A DNA stretch of 44,854 bases from Thermoplasmata archaeon (GTDB lineage: Archaea > Thermoplasmatota > Thermoplasmata > Lutacidiplasmatales > UBA184), in assembly GCA_022749845.1 (NCBI GenBank), contig JAKIWX010000003.1:1-44854 (forward strand), read 5' to 3'. Each line of letters begins with the position of its first letter. Position 1 is the first letter of the stretch. The position numbers and the translations under genes are program-made. Positions 1-8,175 of the stretch are shown piece after piece. A model generated the notes under the pieces. That model was not told the origin of the DNA and did not search any database. It worked only from the letters and a program-made list of their open reading frames with translations.

Positions 1-327
1 CGCGGCGGCGCGGTGCGCGGCCGAGGCGGCGACGATCACCGACGCCTCGCCTACCCGGAGCCGACCGACCCGATGCCAGAGGACCACCTTGCGGGCTCCG
101 AATCGGTCGCGCGCCCTCCGCTCGAGTCGCTCGAGGCTCGCCTCGGCCAGGCCTCGGTCCGCTTCGTACTCCAGTGCGACGGTCGGCCCACCGGACGTGC
201 GGTCCGGCCGGACCACCCCCACAAAGATCGCGATCCCTCCCGCCCCGCGCCCCGCAACCTCGCGGTAGGCATCGCCGATGGACAGCGGAGCGGCCGAGAC
301 GCGGACGGACGTATCGTTAACCTCCAC
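1..327 (-). CDS. moaE: Molybdopterin synthase catalytic subunit MoaE (3' end runs off window)
   Basis: Not in the ORF track. Manual minus-strand translation from GTG 327 gives MEVNDTSVRVSAAPLSIGDAYREV...GGIAIFVGVVR...LEYEAD...WHRVGRLRVGEASVIVAASAAHRAAA, with no stop to base 1. MoaE motifs FVGVVR, LEYEA and HRVGRL..GE..V...SAAHR are present. Overlaps the moaD stop by 11 nt. Confidence 0.92.
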   Translation of the reverse strand, partial: MEVNDTSVRVSAAPLSIGDAYREVAGRGAGGIAIFVGVVRPDRTSGGPTVALEYEADRGLAEASLERLERRARDRFGARKVVLWHRVGRLRVGEASVIVAASAAHRAAA

Positions 328-574
328 TGTACGGGGGATGTACGGCGAGTTCGTCCCCCGGCATGATCTGCGTCCTCCGTGCACGGAGGTAGCGGCCGTT
401 TCGCACGATTCGGCTAGCTCTCAGCACGCGCGCGAACTGTGGGCTCTCCTTTGCTAGGGGGGCTAGAAGCTCCGCGAGCGGGGTGCCCTGGGGCGACACC
501 GCCAGCGTAAGCTCGCCTTGCCCGAGCGCTTCCCGCGCGGTGGCGAAGAGGAGCAACCGAACCGGCTTCGGCAT
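317..574 (-). CDS. moaD: Sulfur carrier protein MoaD/ThiS family (ubiquitin-like), 85 aa
   Basis: MPKPVRLLLFATAREALG...GDELAVHPPYSGG with a C-terminal GG. The start is placed at ATG 574 rather than 703 because ATG 703 lies inside the TATA element. Confidence 0.92.
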   Translation of the reverse strand: MPKPVRLLLFATAREALGQGELTLAVSPQGTPLAELLAPLAKESPQFARVLRASRIVRNGRYLRARRTQIMPGDELAVHPPYSGG

Positions 575-680
575 CGACAGGAGAAGCTGCGCGGCGTCGT
601 ATCTCCTTTCCCGCCCGTGGGAACTACCCGCTCGCGGGCCTTGCCGTATCCGTGCGTACCGTCTCGGCAGTGAAGCGATC
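575..680 (-). ncRNA. Structured 5' leader of moaD-moaE; candidate Moco/tungsten-cofactor riboswitch-like element
   Basis: Four consecutive hairpins: UGCCG 669-665 / CGGCA 646-642; GCCCG-CGAG-CGGGU 639-626; UUCCC-ACGGGC-GGGAA 623-608; AGGAGA 607-602 / UCUCCU 584-579. The 3' segment UUCCC...GGGAAAGGAG resembles the Moco RNA motif 3' end as I recall it. Not verified by a covariance search. Confidence 0.4.
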
Positions 681-699
681 TCCCGTTCTGGGACAAACG

Positions 700-709
700 C
701 CATAAATGG
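700..709. promoter_or_regulatory. Bidirectional TATA element between moaD-moaE and the OFOR operon
   Basis: CCATAAATGG is near-palindromic, an AT island in GC-rich DNA, and sits 24 nt upstream of ATG 731. It reads ATTTATGG on the minus strand. Confidence 0.6.
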
Positions 710-730
710 ACCCCCCTTCGAATCGCGAGA

Positions 731-2485
731 ATGCCGGAGATCTTAGTCCGGGCCGGTGGCCAAGCGGGGGACGGCATCGCGAGCATCGGAGAGACGCTCG
801 CGAAGTCGTTCGCGCGGATGGGCCTGCATCTGTTCGGACTCAACGCCTACCAGTCGGTGATCCGCGGAGGGCACGTCTGGTTCCAGGCTCGGGCTTCGCC
901 CGAGCGCGTGTACTCTCAGGGCGACGGGTGCGACGTGCTCTACGCGCTCGACGCCAACACGGCCGAAGTGCACCTTCCGACGCTGCGGCAAGGAGGCGTC
1001 GTCGTCTACGACCCGGAGAAGTTCAAGATCGACCCCGCCCGGATCCCGGTGGGGGCCACGGCGCTCGAGGTACCGACCCTTGCGCTCGCCCGGAAGTACA
1101 CCCCCCAGTCGATCCTGCAGAACGCTGCGGGGATGGGGGCGTTGGCCTACCTGTCCGGGATTCCGCTTCCCCTCTTTCAGCAGGCGATCTCCGACTCCTT
1201 CGGGAGAAAGAAGGGGGAGGTCGTCGACTGGAACGTCCAGTGCGCCGCGGACGGCTACGCCCACGCCAAAGCGAACGGTTCGCCGAACCTGCACGCCGCG
1301 AGCCCTGCTGGCGAGCCGAAGCTCCTGATGACCGGCAACCAGGCGATCGCTCTCGGAGCGGCCGCGGCCGGCTGCAAGTTCCTCGCCCAGTACCCGATGA
1401 CGCCAGCCTCGACGATCATGCACTGGATGGCGGCCCACTCGCGGGAGGCGGGGGTGGTCGTGAAGCAGGCCGAGGACGAGCTCGCCGCGATCCACATGGC
1501 GATCGGCGCCTCCTACGGCGGCGTGCGCGCGATGACGGCGACGAGCGGCGGCGGCTTTTCCCTCATGGTCGAGGCGCTCGGCATGGCCGGGATGTGCGAG
1601 ATCCCCCTCGTCGTCGTGGAGTCGCAGCGCGCCGGCCCGTCGACGGGCCTGCCGACCAAGACCGAGCAAGGCGACCTGGCACTCATGCTGGGTGCGGGCC
1701 AGGGGGAGTTTCCCCGGGCGATCCTCGCGCCCTCCCATCCTGTCGAAGCCTACCACGCCGCGATCCAGGCGTTCGCCCTCGCCGAGGCGTGGCAGACACC
1801 GGTGCTCCTCGCGAGCGACCTCCACCTCTCGGAGAGCTACGCGACGGTGGACCGCTCCGAGATCGACCTCAACGTGCCGGTCCCTTCGCTCTACCTGAAT
1901 CCCACCAACGGTAGCGCCGGTGAGTACCTCCGCTACCGCTACACCGAGACCGGGGTCTCGCCCCGCTCCCTCCCGGGGCAGCGCGGGCTCCAGTGGATCG
2001 CCGCCTCCGACGAGCACGACGAGAAAGGTCACCTCATCTCGGACGTACGCTCGGGCATCCCGCTCTGGGTCGAGGAGCGCTCGAAGATGATGCGCAAGCG
2101 GATGCACAAGCTCGAGGGTCTCGCCCTCGACTCGGCGCCCCCGGTGCGAGAAGGTCCGGAGGCGGCCGACCTCACGTTCGTCGCCTGGGGCTCGACGATC
2201 GGGGCGGTCCGGGACGCTCGGGAGATTCTCCGCGGGAAGGGCAAGGCGACGAACCTCGTCCATTTCCCGACGGTCTATCCGGTGCACGTCCCGCAGACCC
2301 TCGCGCTGCTCGAGCCGGCGAAGCGGACCCTGCTCGTCGAAGCGAACTACTCGGGCCAGCTGGGCCGGCTCCTGCGGACCGAAACGGGACTGGTCTTCCC
2401 CAACCGCCTGCTGAAGTACGACGGCGAGCCGTTCTATCCGATGGAGATCGTCGCCCGCGCCCTCGAGGTGCTCCGTGGCGGATAG
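731..2485 (+). CDS. korA: 2-oxoacid:ferredoxin oxidoreductase alpha subunit (gamma-alpha fusion type); substrate not determinable
   Basis: GGQAGDGIASIG, QSVIRGGH, YPMTPAS, QAEDELAA, TATSGGGF, QRAGPSTGLPT, SDEHDE, KYDGEPF. Confidence 0.96.
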   Translation: MPEILVRAGGQAGDGIASIGETLAKSFARMGLHLFGLNAYQSVIRGGHVWFQARASPERVYSQGDGCDVLYALDANTAEVHLPTLRQGGVVVYDPEKFKIDPARIPVGATALEVPTLALARKYTPQSILQNAAGMGALAYLSGIPLPLFQQAISDSFGRKKGEVVDWNVQCAADGYAHAKANGSPNLHAASPAGEPKLLMTGNQAIALGAAAAGCKFLAQYPMTPASTIMHWMAAHSREAGVVVKQAEDELAAIHMAIGASYGGVRAMTATSGGGFSLMVEALGMAGMCEIPLVVVESQRAGPSTGLPTKTEQGDLALMLGAGQGEFPRAILAPSHPVEAYHAAIQAFALAEAWQTPVLLASDLHLSESYATVDRSEIDLNVPVPSLYLNPTNGSAGEYLRYRYTETGVSPRSLPGQRGLQWIAASDEHDEKGHLISDVRSGIPLWVEERSKMMRKRMHKLEGLALDSAPPVREGPEAADLTFVAWGSTIGAVRDAREILRGKGKATNLVHFPTVYPVHVPQTLALLEPAKRTLLVEANYSGQLGRLLRTETGLVFPNRLLKYDGEPFYPMEIVARALEVLRGG

Positions 2486-3374
2486 CGCGAGCGCGACGGT
2501 CGCGCCGACCGGCCCTCCGCTCCGGATGGTGGTGGGCAAGTCGGACGTCAAGCCCACCTGGTGTCCCGGGTGCGGCGACTACGGGGTGATCGCGGCCGTC
2601 GAGATGTCGCTCAAGAAGCTCCAGATCCCCGTCGAGGAGGTCGTCCTCGTGAGCGGGATCGGCTGCTCCTCCAACCTGCCCCACTTCCTCAACTCGTACG
2701 GATTCCACGGCATCCACGGCCGGAGCATCCCTGTCGCCGAGGGGATCCGCTGGGCGAACCACGGCCTCCACGTAATCGTGACGGGAGGGGACGGCGACGG
2801 CTTCGGCATTGGCGCCGGACATTTCATCCACGCGATGCGAAGGAACGTGAAGCTCACCTACATCGTGATGGACAACCAGATCTACGGCCTGACCACGGGC
2901 CAAGCCTCCCCCACCTCGATGATGGGGCACAAGACGAAATCCACCCCCGACGGGGTCATCGAGAATCCCATCGACCCGATCGCGCTCGCTCTCGCGGCCG
3001 GCGCCACGTACGTCGCGCGCGGCTTCTCGGGCGATGTGAAGCACATGGCGGAGCTCGTGGCCAACGGCATCCAGCACAAGGGGTTCGCGTTCATCGACGC
3101 GCTGAGCCCGTGCGTCACCTACAACAAGCTCAACACGTTCGACTGGTTCCGGCAGCGGATCTACAAGCTCGAGAGCGCCGGCCACGACCCGAGCAACCTC
3201 GGCAAGGCCTACGAGCGTTCGCTCGAGTGGGGGGAGAAGATCCCCATCGGGCTGTTCTACCGCGCCGAGCGGCCCACCTACGAGGATCTCGAGGAGGTCC
3301 TCGAGGCCGGTCCCCTCGCGAAGCAGCCGGCCGGCATCGCCGGAAAGGAAACCCTCCTCGACGACTTCCGCTAG
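2475..3374 (+). CDS. korB: 2-oxoacid:ferredoxin oxidoreductase beta subunit (TPP and 4Fe-4S binding)
   Basis: WCPGCGDYG, SGIGCS, HGR, GDGD...N TPP motif, SPCVTYN. GTG start preceded by GAGGTG, overlapping korA. Confidence 0.96.
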   Translation: MADSASATVAPTGPPLRMVVGKSDVKPTWCPGCGDYGVIAAVEMSLKKLQIPVEEVVLVSGIGCSSNLPHFLNSYGFHGIHGRSIPVAEGIRWANHGLHVIVTGGDGDGFGIGAGHFIHAMRRNVKLTYIVMDNQIYGLTTGQASPTSMMGHKTKSTPDGVIENPIDPIALALAAGATYVARGFSGDVKHMAELVANGIQHKGFAFIDALSPCVTYNKLNTFDWFRQRIYKLESAGHDPSNLGKAYERSLEWGEKIPIGLFYRAERPTYEDLEEVLEAGPLAKQPAGIAGKETLLDDFR

Positions 3375-3388
3375 GCTAGCGGCCCACA

Positions 3389-5434
3389 CTATCCCGGCCC
3401 GGGGGAGCTCACCCCGAACAGGTAGGCGTCTCCCGTGGCGAAGAGGACAGGGAATCCCGCCGGGTCGGCGAGCAGCGGAACGGGAGAGTACGCCGCCCAG
3501 AGTTCCGTGTTCCTCCCGGTCACCACCACGTAGTCGACGGCGAGTGCCGAGAGCGCTGTTCGGCCGGTGGAGTCGAGCGTTCCGGCGTCGAGTTGCATCG
3601 TAAGAAGAGAGTACGACCGATTTCCGGCGACGGGTATCTCGGGGAAGAGGAGGGTGAGGTCGGGTCGGTATCCGGGGAGGAATTGGCCCGCGCTGCCCGG
3701 GGCGACGAGCACCCGGGCCCCGTGCGGGAGGTTCGTCTCCGCCCAGGCGAGGAGGGCGAAGTCCGCTTCCGTCGTGTTTCCGAAACTCAGGTAGATCCCG
3801 TGGAGGTAGTCCGGTGCATTCGTCGCGGTCACCACTACCCCGGGTACGAGCAGCGCCGCCACAGCGAGGCTCGCCAGGATCGCCGTGCCCGCGCGCGAGT
3901 CGATCCGCCGGCGGCTCCGGATCGTAGGACCGCTCCTCACCTCGGGATCCGCGTGCGGCGGGCGAGGGCTGAGTGCCTTCGGGATCGAACTTGCGGCTCG
4001 GTCAAGAAGCTCGATGAGCGGCACGGCCGCGATGGCCGCGTAGACGGTGAAGAGCAGCATCGACGCTTCGCCTGCGCTTGTGAGATCGCCCACGAACGCT
4101 GGATCCGGGCCACCACGTGCCTCGAGTACCAGCAGCAGCGCCGTCGCGAGCAGCATGGCCGGGGCGAATCTTGCGAGCGCGCCATACCCAGGAGACCCCC
4201 CTTCACGCCGGAGGAGGAAGAGCAGCCCGAGCCCCACGACGAGAAGCGCCGCTAGCTCTGCGCGAAGGACCGGGAACGGCGAGAGCCAAAGGTCTGCGTG
4301 ACCGAAGAGAAGCGGGTCGAGATACCCGACGATTTGCCCCGAAGACAGGCCGACCACGCTCCCGGAAGGGAGTGCCGTCGCGCCGGGCAGGAGACTCGCG
4401 TTCGCCCGGCCGGCCCACAGCACCGAGAGGCTCGGCAGGACGAAGAGGAGCCCAACGCCCAACGCCGTCGCCCACCGTCCGAGCCAGCGCTTCCATCCGG
4501 GCCAGCGGAGACCCGCCGTGAACAGTAGCAGCAGTGGCGCGACGACGAACCAGAGCTCCGAACCGGTCGGATTGAGGGCTGCCGCGTACCCCGCGACCGC
4601 CCCGAAGGCGACCGCGTCGGCCAACCCCGGCGGCTCCTTCGCGCTCCACCGAGGGGTCCAGGCCCACAGGAGCAGGACGAGGGGGAAGGCGAGGGCGAAG
4701 TCGTTGCTTCCCGAGGCGAGCAGCCGTGTCCACGTTGCGAGGAGCGCGGCCACGAGGGCGAGGGCGACCGCGGCTCGACGGTTGCCCCACCAGCGCTCCC
4801 CCCAGACGTAGGCGGCGACCGGAGCGAGCGCGAGAAACAGGGGGGTGAGCAACAGCGCGGTTCGGGCAGGAGGCACGCCGAACAGCCACTGCGTGGGCAG
4901 GAGCCACGCCGTGGTCCCCTGCGGATACGCGATCCCCTGCGCGGCGACCGGGAGGAAGGAGGTCGGCAGTTGGTGGTGCAGATTCGCGAGACCGACGAAC
5001 GTGGCGAGAATGCCGGAGTCGAAGGTGTTGCCGGTGGGCACCGTTGCGACGGCCCCCACTTCGAGTGCGAACAGGCCGAGCGTGAGCAGCAAGAGGAGGA
5101 GGACCGGGGGGCTCCAGAGTGCGCGAAGGGAGACCGAAGGGTCCGAACGCACTGGGCCGCGGAGGAGCCGGTGGAGCACGAGGAGCGGAATCCCAGCGAC
5201 GAGGAGTCCGACCGAAACGGCTCCCGATTCGAGGGGCAGCCAGCCGAAGACGTAGCAGGCCCCTCCCGCCAGGTACAGATCGAGGAGACCCCGTTCTACG
5301 AGGGAGCCCGACCGGAACAGCCCGGCGTACGGTGCCACCAAGCGGCGCAGCAGCTCGCCGAGCGGGAGACAGAGCGCCGCGAAGGCGAGCAGCTCGAGCC
5401 CCCACAGGGGTCCGCCCGGCCCGGGCACTCCCAC
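3389..5434 (-). CDS. Polytopic membrane protein, GT-C-fold glycosyltransferase-like (DUF6541-like), 681 aa
   Basis: Many TM segments. The first large loop (PTGNTFDSG...YPQG) fits the GT-C pattern, and there is a soluble C-terminal domain (DFALLAWAETNLP...VDYVVV). Divergent from a flippase. Confidence 0.55.
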   Translation of the reverse strand: MGVPGPGGPLWGLELLAFAALCLPLGELLRRLVAPYAGLFRSGSLVERGLLDLYLAGGACYVFGWLPLESGAVSVGLLVAGIPLLVLHRLLRGPVRSDPSVSLRALWSPPVLLLLLLTLGLFALEVGAVATVPTGNTFDSGILATFVGLANLHHQLPTSFLPVAAQGIAYPQGTTAWLLPTQWLFGVPPARTALLLTPLFLALAPVAAYVWGERWWGNRRAAVALALVAALLATWTRLLASGSNDFALAFPLVLLLWAWTPRWSAKEPPGLADAVAFGAVAGYAAALNPTGSELWFVVAPLLLLFTAGLRWPGWKRWLGRWATALGVGLLFVLPSLSVLWAGRANASLLPGATALPSGSVVGLSSGQIVGYLDPLLFGHADLWLSPFPVLRAELAALLVVGLGLLFLLRREGGSPGYGALARFAPAMLLATALLLVLEARGGPDPAFVGDLTSAGEASMLLFTVYAAIAAVPLIELLDRAASSIPKALSPRPPHADPEVRSGPTIRSRRRIDSRAGTAILASLAVAALLVPGVVVTATNAPDYLHGIYLSFGNTTEADFALLAWAETNLPHGARVLVAPGSAGQFLPGYRPDLTLLFPEIPVAGNRSYSLLTMQLDAGTLDSTGRTALSALAVDYVVVTGRNTELWAAYSPVPLLADPAGFPVLFATGDAYLFGVSSPGPG

Positions 5435-5524
5435 GTCCCCCCCACGCGCCCCGGGCTATACGGGCTCGCCGAGGTTCCCCACCTTCTATAGGTAGCTGGG
5501 AGTAACCGTCGGAGCGAGCGCAGC

Positions 5525-7084
5525 GTGGCCCAGGGAAGTTCGGAGGCAAGGGAGGCCCTCGGGTCGGTTACGCGAGGAACCTTCCTCCTGTTGGTGGCCA
5601 CGCTCGGATGGGTCACCTTCAACTTCGTCGCCCGCGTGCTCGTCGTCCGGGAGCTCTCGACCACCGAGTGGGGGGAGTTCTACTACGCAATCTCCTTCAC
5701 GGGCCTCCTCGCTGCGCTCGGCAACCTCGGGATCCCCCAAGCGGTCGCGCGAAGCATCCCGTTCGTCCGGGAGGACTCGGAGCGCCGAGGGATCATCCGG
5801 GCCGGCTTCCTCCTCCTCGTTCCCGCGTCCCTGGTCGTCGGGGTCTTCCTCGTCCTCACCTCCTCCCCCTTCGGGCGCCTCTTCGGCGGCTCGATGTTCG
5901 GGTTCGCCCTCGAGTTGTTCTCCGTCGCGGTTGCGTCCTCGATCATCGCCTCTGGGATCGCGGCGGTGTTCCAGGGATTCGAGGACGTCCGCGCGAACGC
6001 CTACTTCATCCAGATCCTGAACCCGGTCCTGTTCATCGCCTTCCTGCTCGGCTTCGGCGCCGCGCGGGGACTCCTCACCTTCCGGACGGCGGTCTTCGCC
6101 TACGTACTGTCGAACGTCGCGATGCTCCTCGGGCTCGTCGCGTACTACTTCTACCGGATCCCCCGCGCCCTTCCGCGCGGGCCCGCAGCGCACGGGGTTG
6201 GGTCGCGCCTGCGCGCCTTCGCCCTGCCCCTGTTCGCGGTCTCGCTCCTCTCCTACGTCGCAAACACGGGGGACACGCTCTTTCTCGGCTACTTTCACCC
6301 GCTTGCGGTGGGAGAGTATGGGGTGTCGATTGCGCTCTCTCGGCTCCTCCTCGTGGGCATCGGTTCGCTTGGGTACATCCTGCTGCCGGTGATGGTGCGC
6401 TTCGCGCGCTCCGGAGACTCCGACGGCGCGGCGCTCACCTACGGCACCGCCACGAAATGGATGGTCCTTGCCTCGCTTCCGCCCTTTCTCGTCTTCTTCT
6501 TCCTCCCGGGGCTCTCGTTGCGGTTCGTTTACGGTTCGGGCTACGGTGTCACGGTCGAACCGCTGCGGATCCTGTGCGTCGGTGCGCTCTTCGCGACCCT
6601 GGTGGGTCCAGCAACCTCCGCCCAGGTCTCCTACGGCGAGACGCACGCCCTGCTGTATAACACACTGATTGCCGCGGTGGTGAACGTGCTCCTCGCTATC
6701 TGGCTCATCCCGCCGTACGGCCAGACGGGGGCCGCGATCGCCTGGGCGGTGGCGACCGCCCTCGTCCCGTTCCTCTCCGCGACGCAGCTCGCGCTCGGCC
6801 ACTCGGTGCACGCCTTCCAGCGGCACTATCTCGTCCCGCTCCTCCTCACCTCGATCCCGCTCGGTCTGGCGTACGCGCTTCTTCCTCAGAGTCTGCCCCT
6901 CCTCGTGCTCCCTGTACTCGTCGCGGGGGTGGCCGTCGTGTTCCTCCTCGCCGTGCTCCTCTCGGGGTCGATCGACCGCGGGGACCGGGTGCTGCTAGGC
7001 GAGCTCGAGCGGCTCCTAGGGCGGAAGCTCCCGGGGGTCCGCTGGCTGTACGGGCACTTCGGCAACCGGCGAGCTACGCGCTAG
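5525..7084 (+). CDS. Oligosaccharide/polysaccharide flippase (Wzx/RfbX, MOP superfamily)
   Basis: About 14 TM helices. ELSTTEWGEFYYAISF..LGNLGIPQAVAR, DTLFLGYF...VGEYGV, VNVLLAIWLIPPYGQTGAAIA. Confidence 0.88.
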   Translation: MAQGSSEAREALGSVTRGTFLLLVATLGWVTFNFVARVLVVRELSTTEWGEFYYAISFTGLLAALGNLGIPQAVARSIPFVREDSERRGIIRAGFLLLVPASLVVGVFLVLTSSPFGRLFGGSMFGFALELFSVAVASSIIASGIAAVFQGFEDVRANAYFIQILNPVLFIAFLLGFGAARGLLTFRTAVFAYVLSNVAMLLGLVAYYFYRIPRALPRGPAAHGVGSRLRAFALPLFAVSLLSYVANTGDTLFLGYFHPLAVGEYGVSIALSRLLLVGIGSLGYILLPVMVRFARSGDSDGAALTYGTATKWMVLASLPPFLVFFFLPGLSLRFVYGSGYGVTVEPLRILCVGALFATLVGPATSAQVSYGETHALLYNTLIAAVVNVLLAIWLIPPYGQTGAAIAWAVATALVPFLSATQLALGHSVHAFQRHYLVPLLLTSIPLGLAYALLPQSLPLLVLPVLVAGVAVVFLLAVLLSGSIDRGDRVLLGELERLLGRKLPGVRWLYGHFGNRRATR

Positions 7085-7197
7085 CGCACCTCGTGTTCGC
7101 GCGCGCCGGGTCACGCTCGAGCGAGCCCTCGGGCGAAAGTTCGCGGCAAGTTTACATACCGCTGCGGGTGATGCATAAGGGTCTCCTGAGTAGTTTC

Positions 7198-7788
7198 ATG
7201 GCGTCGATGCTCCGTCCAGCGGTGGTCCGCCGAGCGCTTCCCGCGCTCGCGGTCGCGGTCCTGCTCACCGCGCTCATCGCCGCCTCCCTCGCCCCCGACA
7301 CGGGAGCCGTGCCCGCCCAGAGCACCTGCCAGTACGGCAACTGTTCCTCCCCCTCGAACTCCACTCCCCTCTGGGCGTGGGGCGCCGTCGGAGGATTCAT
7401 CCTCCTCATCGCGGCCCTCATCGCGCTCCTCCTGATCCGCAACCGGCGCCGTGGCGGAGGGGCCGCCTCGGCAAGCGCCGTCCCGCCGGACGCCGGGGTC
7501 GCCGCCACCGAGGGACCGGTTACCCCGGGGGGTGGCGCCGCCGCGGTCGCGGTGCCGGCGTACATGGAGACGGAGGACGACGTGGGCGCCGCCCCGACGG
7601 TGATGCCCTCGACGACCGCCGCCGCCGACGTGCCGGAGCCAGCGCCGGGCTCCGAGGAACCGAACATCGATTCGCTCATGGACGAGCTCGACCGCATTAG
7701 CGGCGAGATCCTCAAGAAGGACCCGAAGGTCAAGGGCTCGGCCCCCCCGTCCGGGGATGCGAGCGAGCCCGGAAACGAGTCCGGCTAG
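7198..7788 (+). CDS. Hypothetical two-TM membrane protein with acidic low-complexity tail, ~196 aa
   Basis: Two hydrophobic helices flank a short loop (CQYGNC, with NCS and NST sequons), followed by RNRRR and a tail ending IDSLMDELDRISGEILKK. Start is ATG 7198 or 7207, downstream of TATA-like TTTACATA 7151-7158. Confidence 0.7.
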   Translation: MASMLRPAVVRRALPALAVAVLLTALIAASLAPDTGAVPAQSTCQYGNCSSPSNSTPLWAWGAVGGFILLIAALIALLLIRNRRRGGGAASASAVPPDAGVAATEGPVTPGGGAAAVAVPAYMETEDDVGAAPTVMPSTTAAADVPEPAPGSEEPNIDSLMDELDRISGEILKKDPKVKGSAPPSGDASEPGNESG

Positions 7789-7832
7789 GTCCCTCGCCGT
7801 TATCCGCTCGAACGAGCTAGATGAGCGTCCCC

Positions 7833-8069
7833 ATGAGCGACTCCGACCCGCTCCTCGAAGAGCTGCGCACCGCGATCCACCGGGCCCCCGAGCCGGTGCG
7901 CGAGATCGAGGTGGGCGTGGCCCTCTCGATCGCTCTCGGCCGTCTCCGGCCCGCGGTCAGCTGCGGGGGATGCCAGACCCCGCTTGAGTTCGAGGGAATC
8001 CCGGCCCGGACCCGCGTGGACCTGCGCACGCCGTACCGACTCCTTTTCGGCCGGACGGACGCCTCGTGA
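7833..8069 (+). CDS. Small hypothetical protein with CGGC motif, 78 aa
   Basis: Fills the gap between two plus-strand genes and has protein-like composition (MSDSDPLLEELRTAIHRAPEP...SCGGCQTP). Alternative start ATG 7821. Confidence 0.55.
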   Translation: MSDSDPLLEELRTAIHRAPEPVREIEVGVALSIALGRLRPAVSCGGCQTPLEFEGIPARTRVDLRTPYRLLFGRTDAS

Positions 8070-8175
8070 GCTCCGCGCGCCACCGTAACCGCGGCGGCTC
8101 CTGCCATCAGGGGGGAGCTCTATCTTCTCGCTGACCGGGTGGGTCTTCTCGACCATCCTCTCCGTCCTCACCACC

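Noticed and set aside
374-389. Perfect 16-bp palindrome CCTCCGTGCACGGAGG inside moaD
   Set aside because: It is coding (YLRARR). A rough estimate at ~70% GC gives one or two such palindromes by chance in 45 kb.
575-703. 43-aa N-terminal extension of MoaD given by the ORF track (ATG 703)
   Set aside because: ATG 703 lies inside the TATA element, MoaD proteins are ~80-90 aa, and the extension has no recognisable domain.
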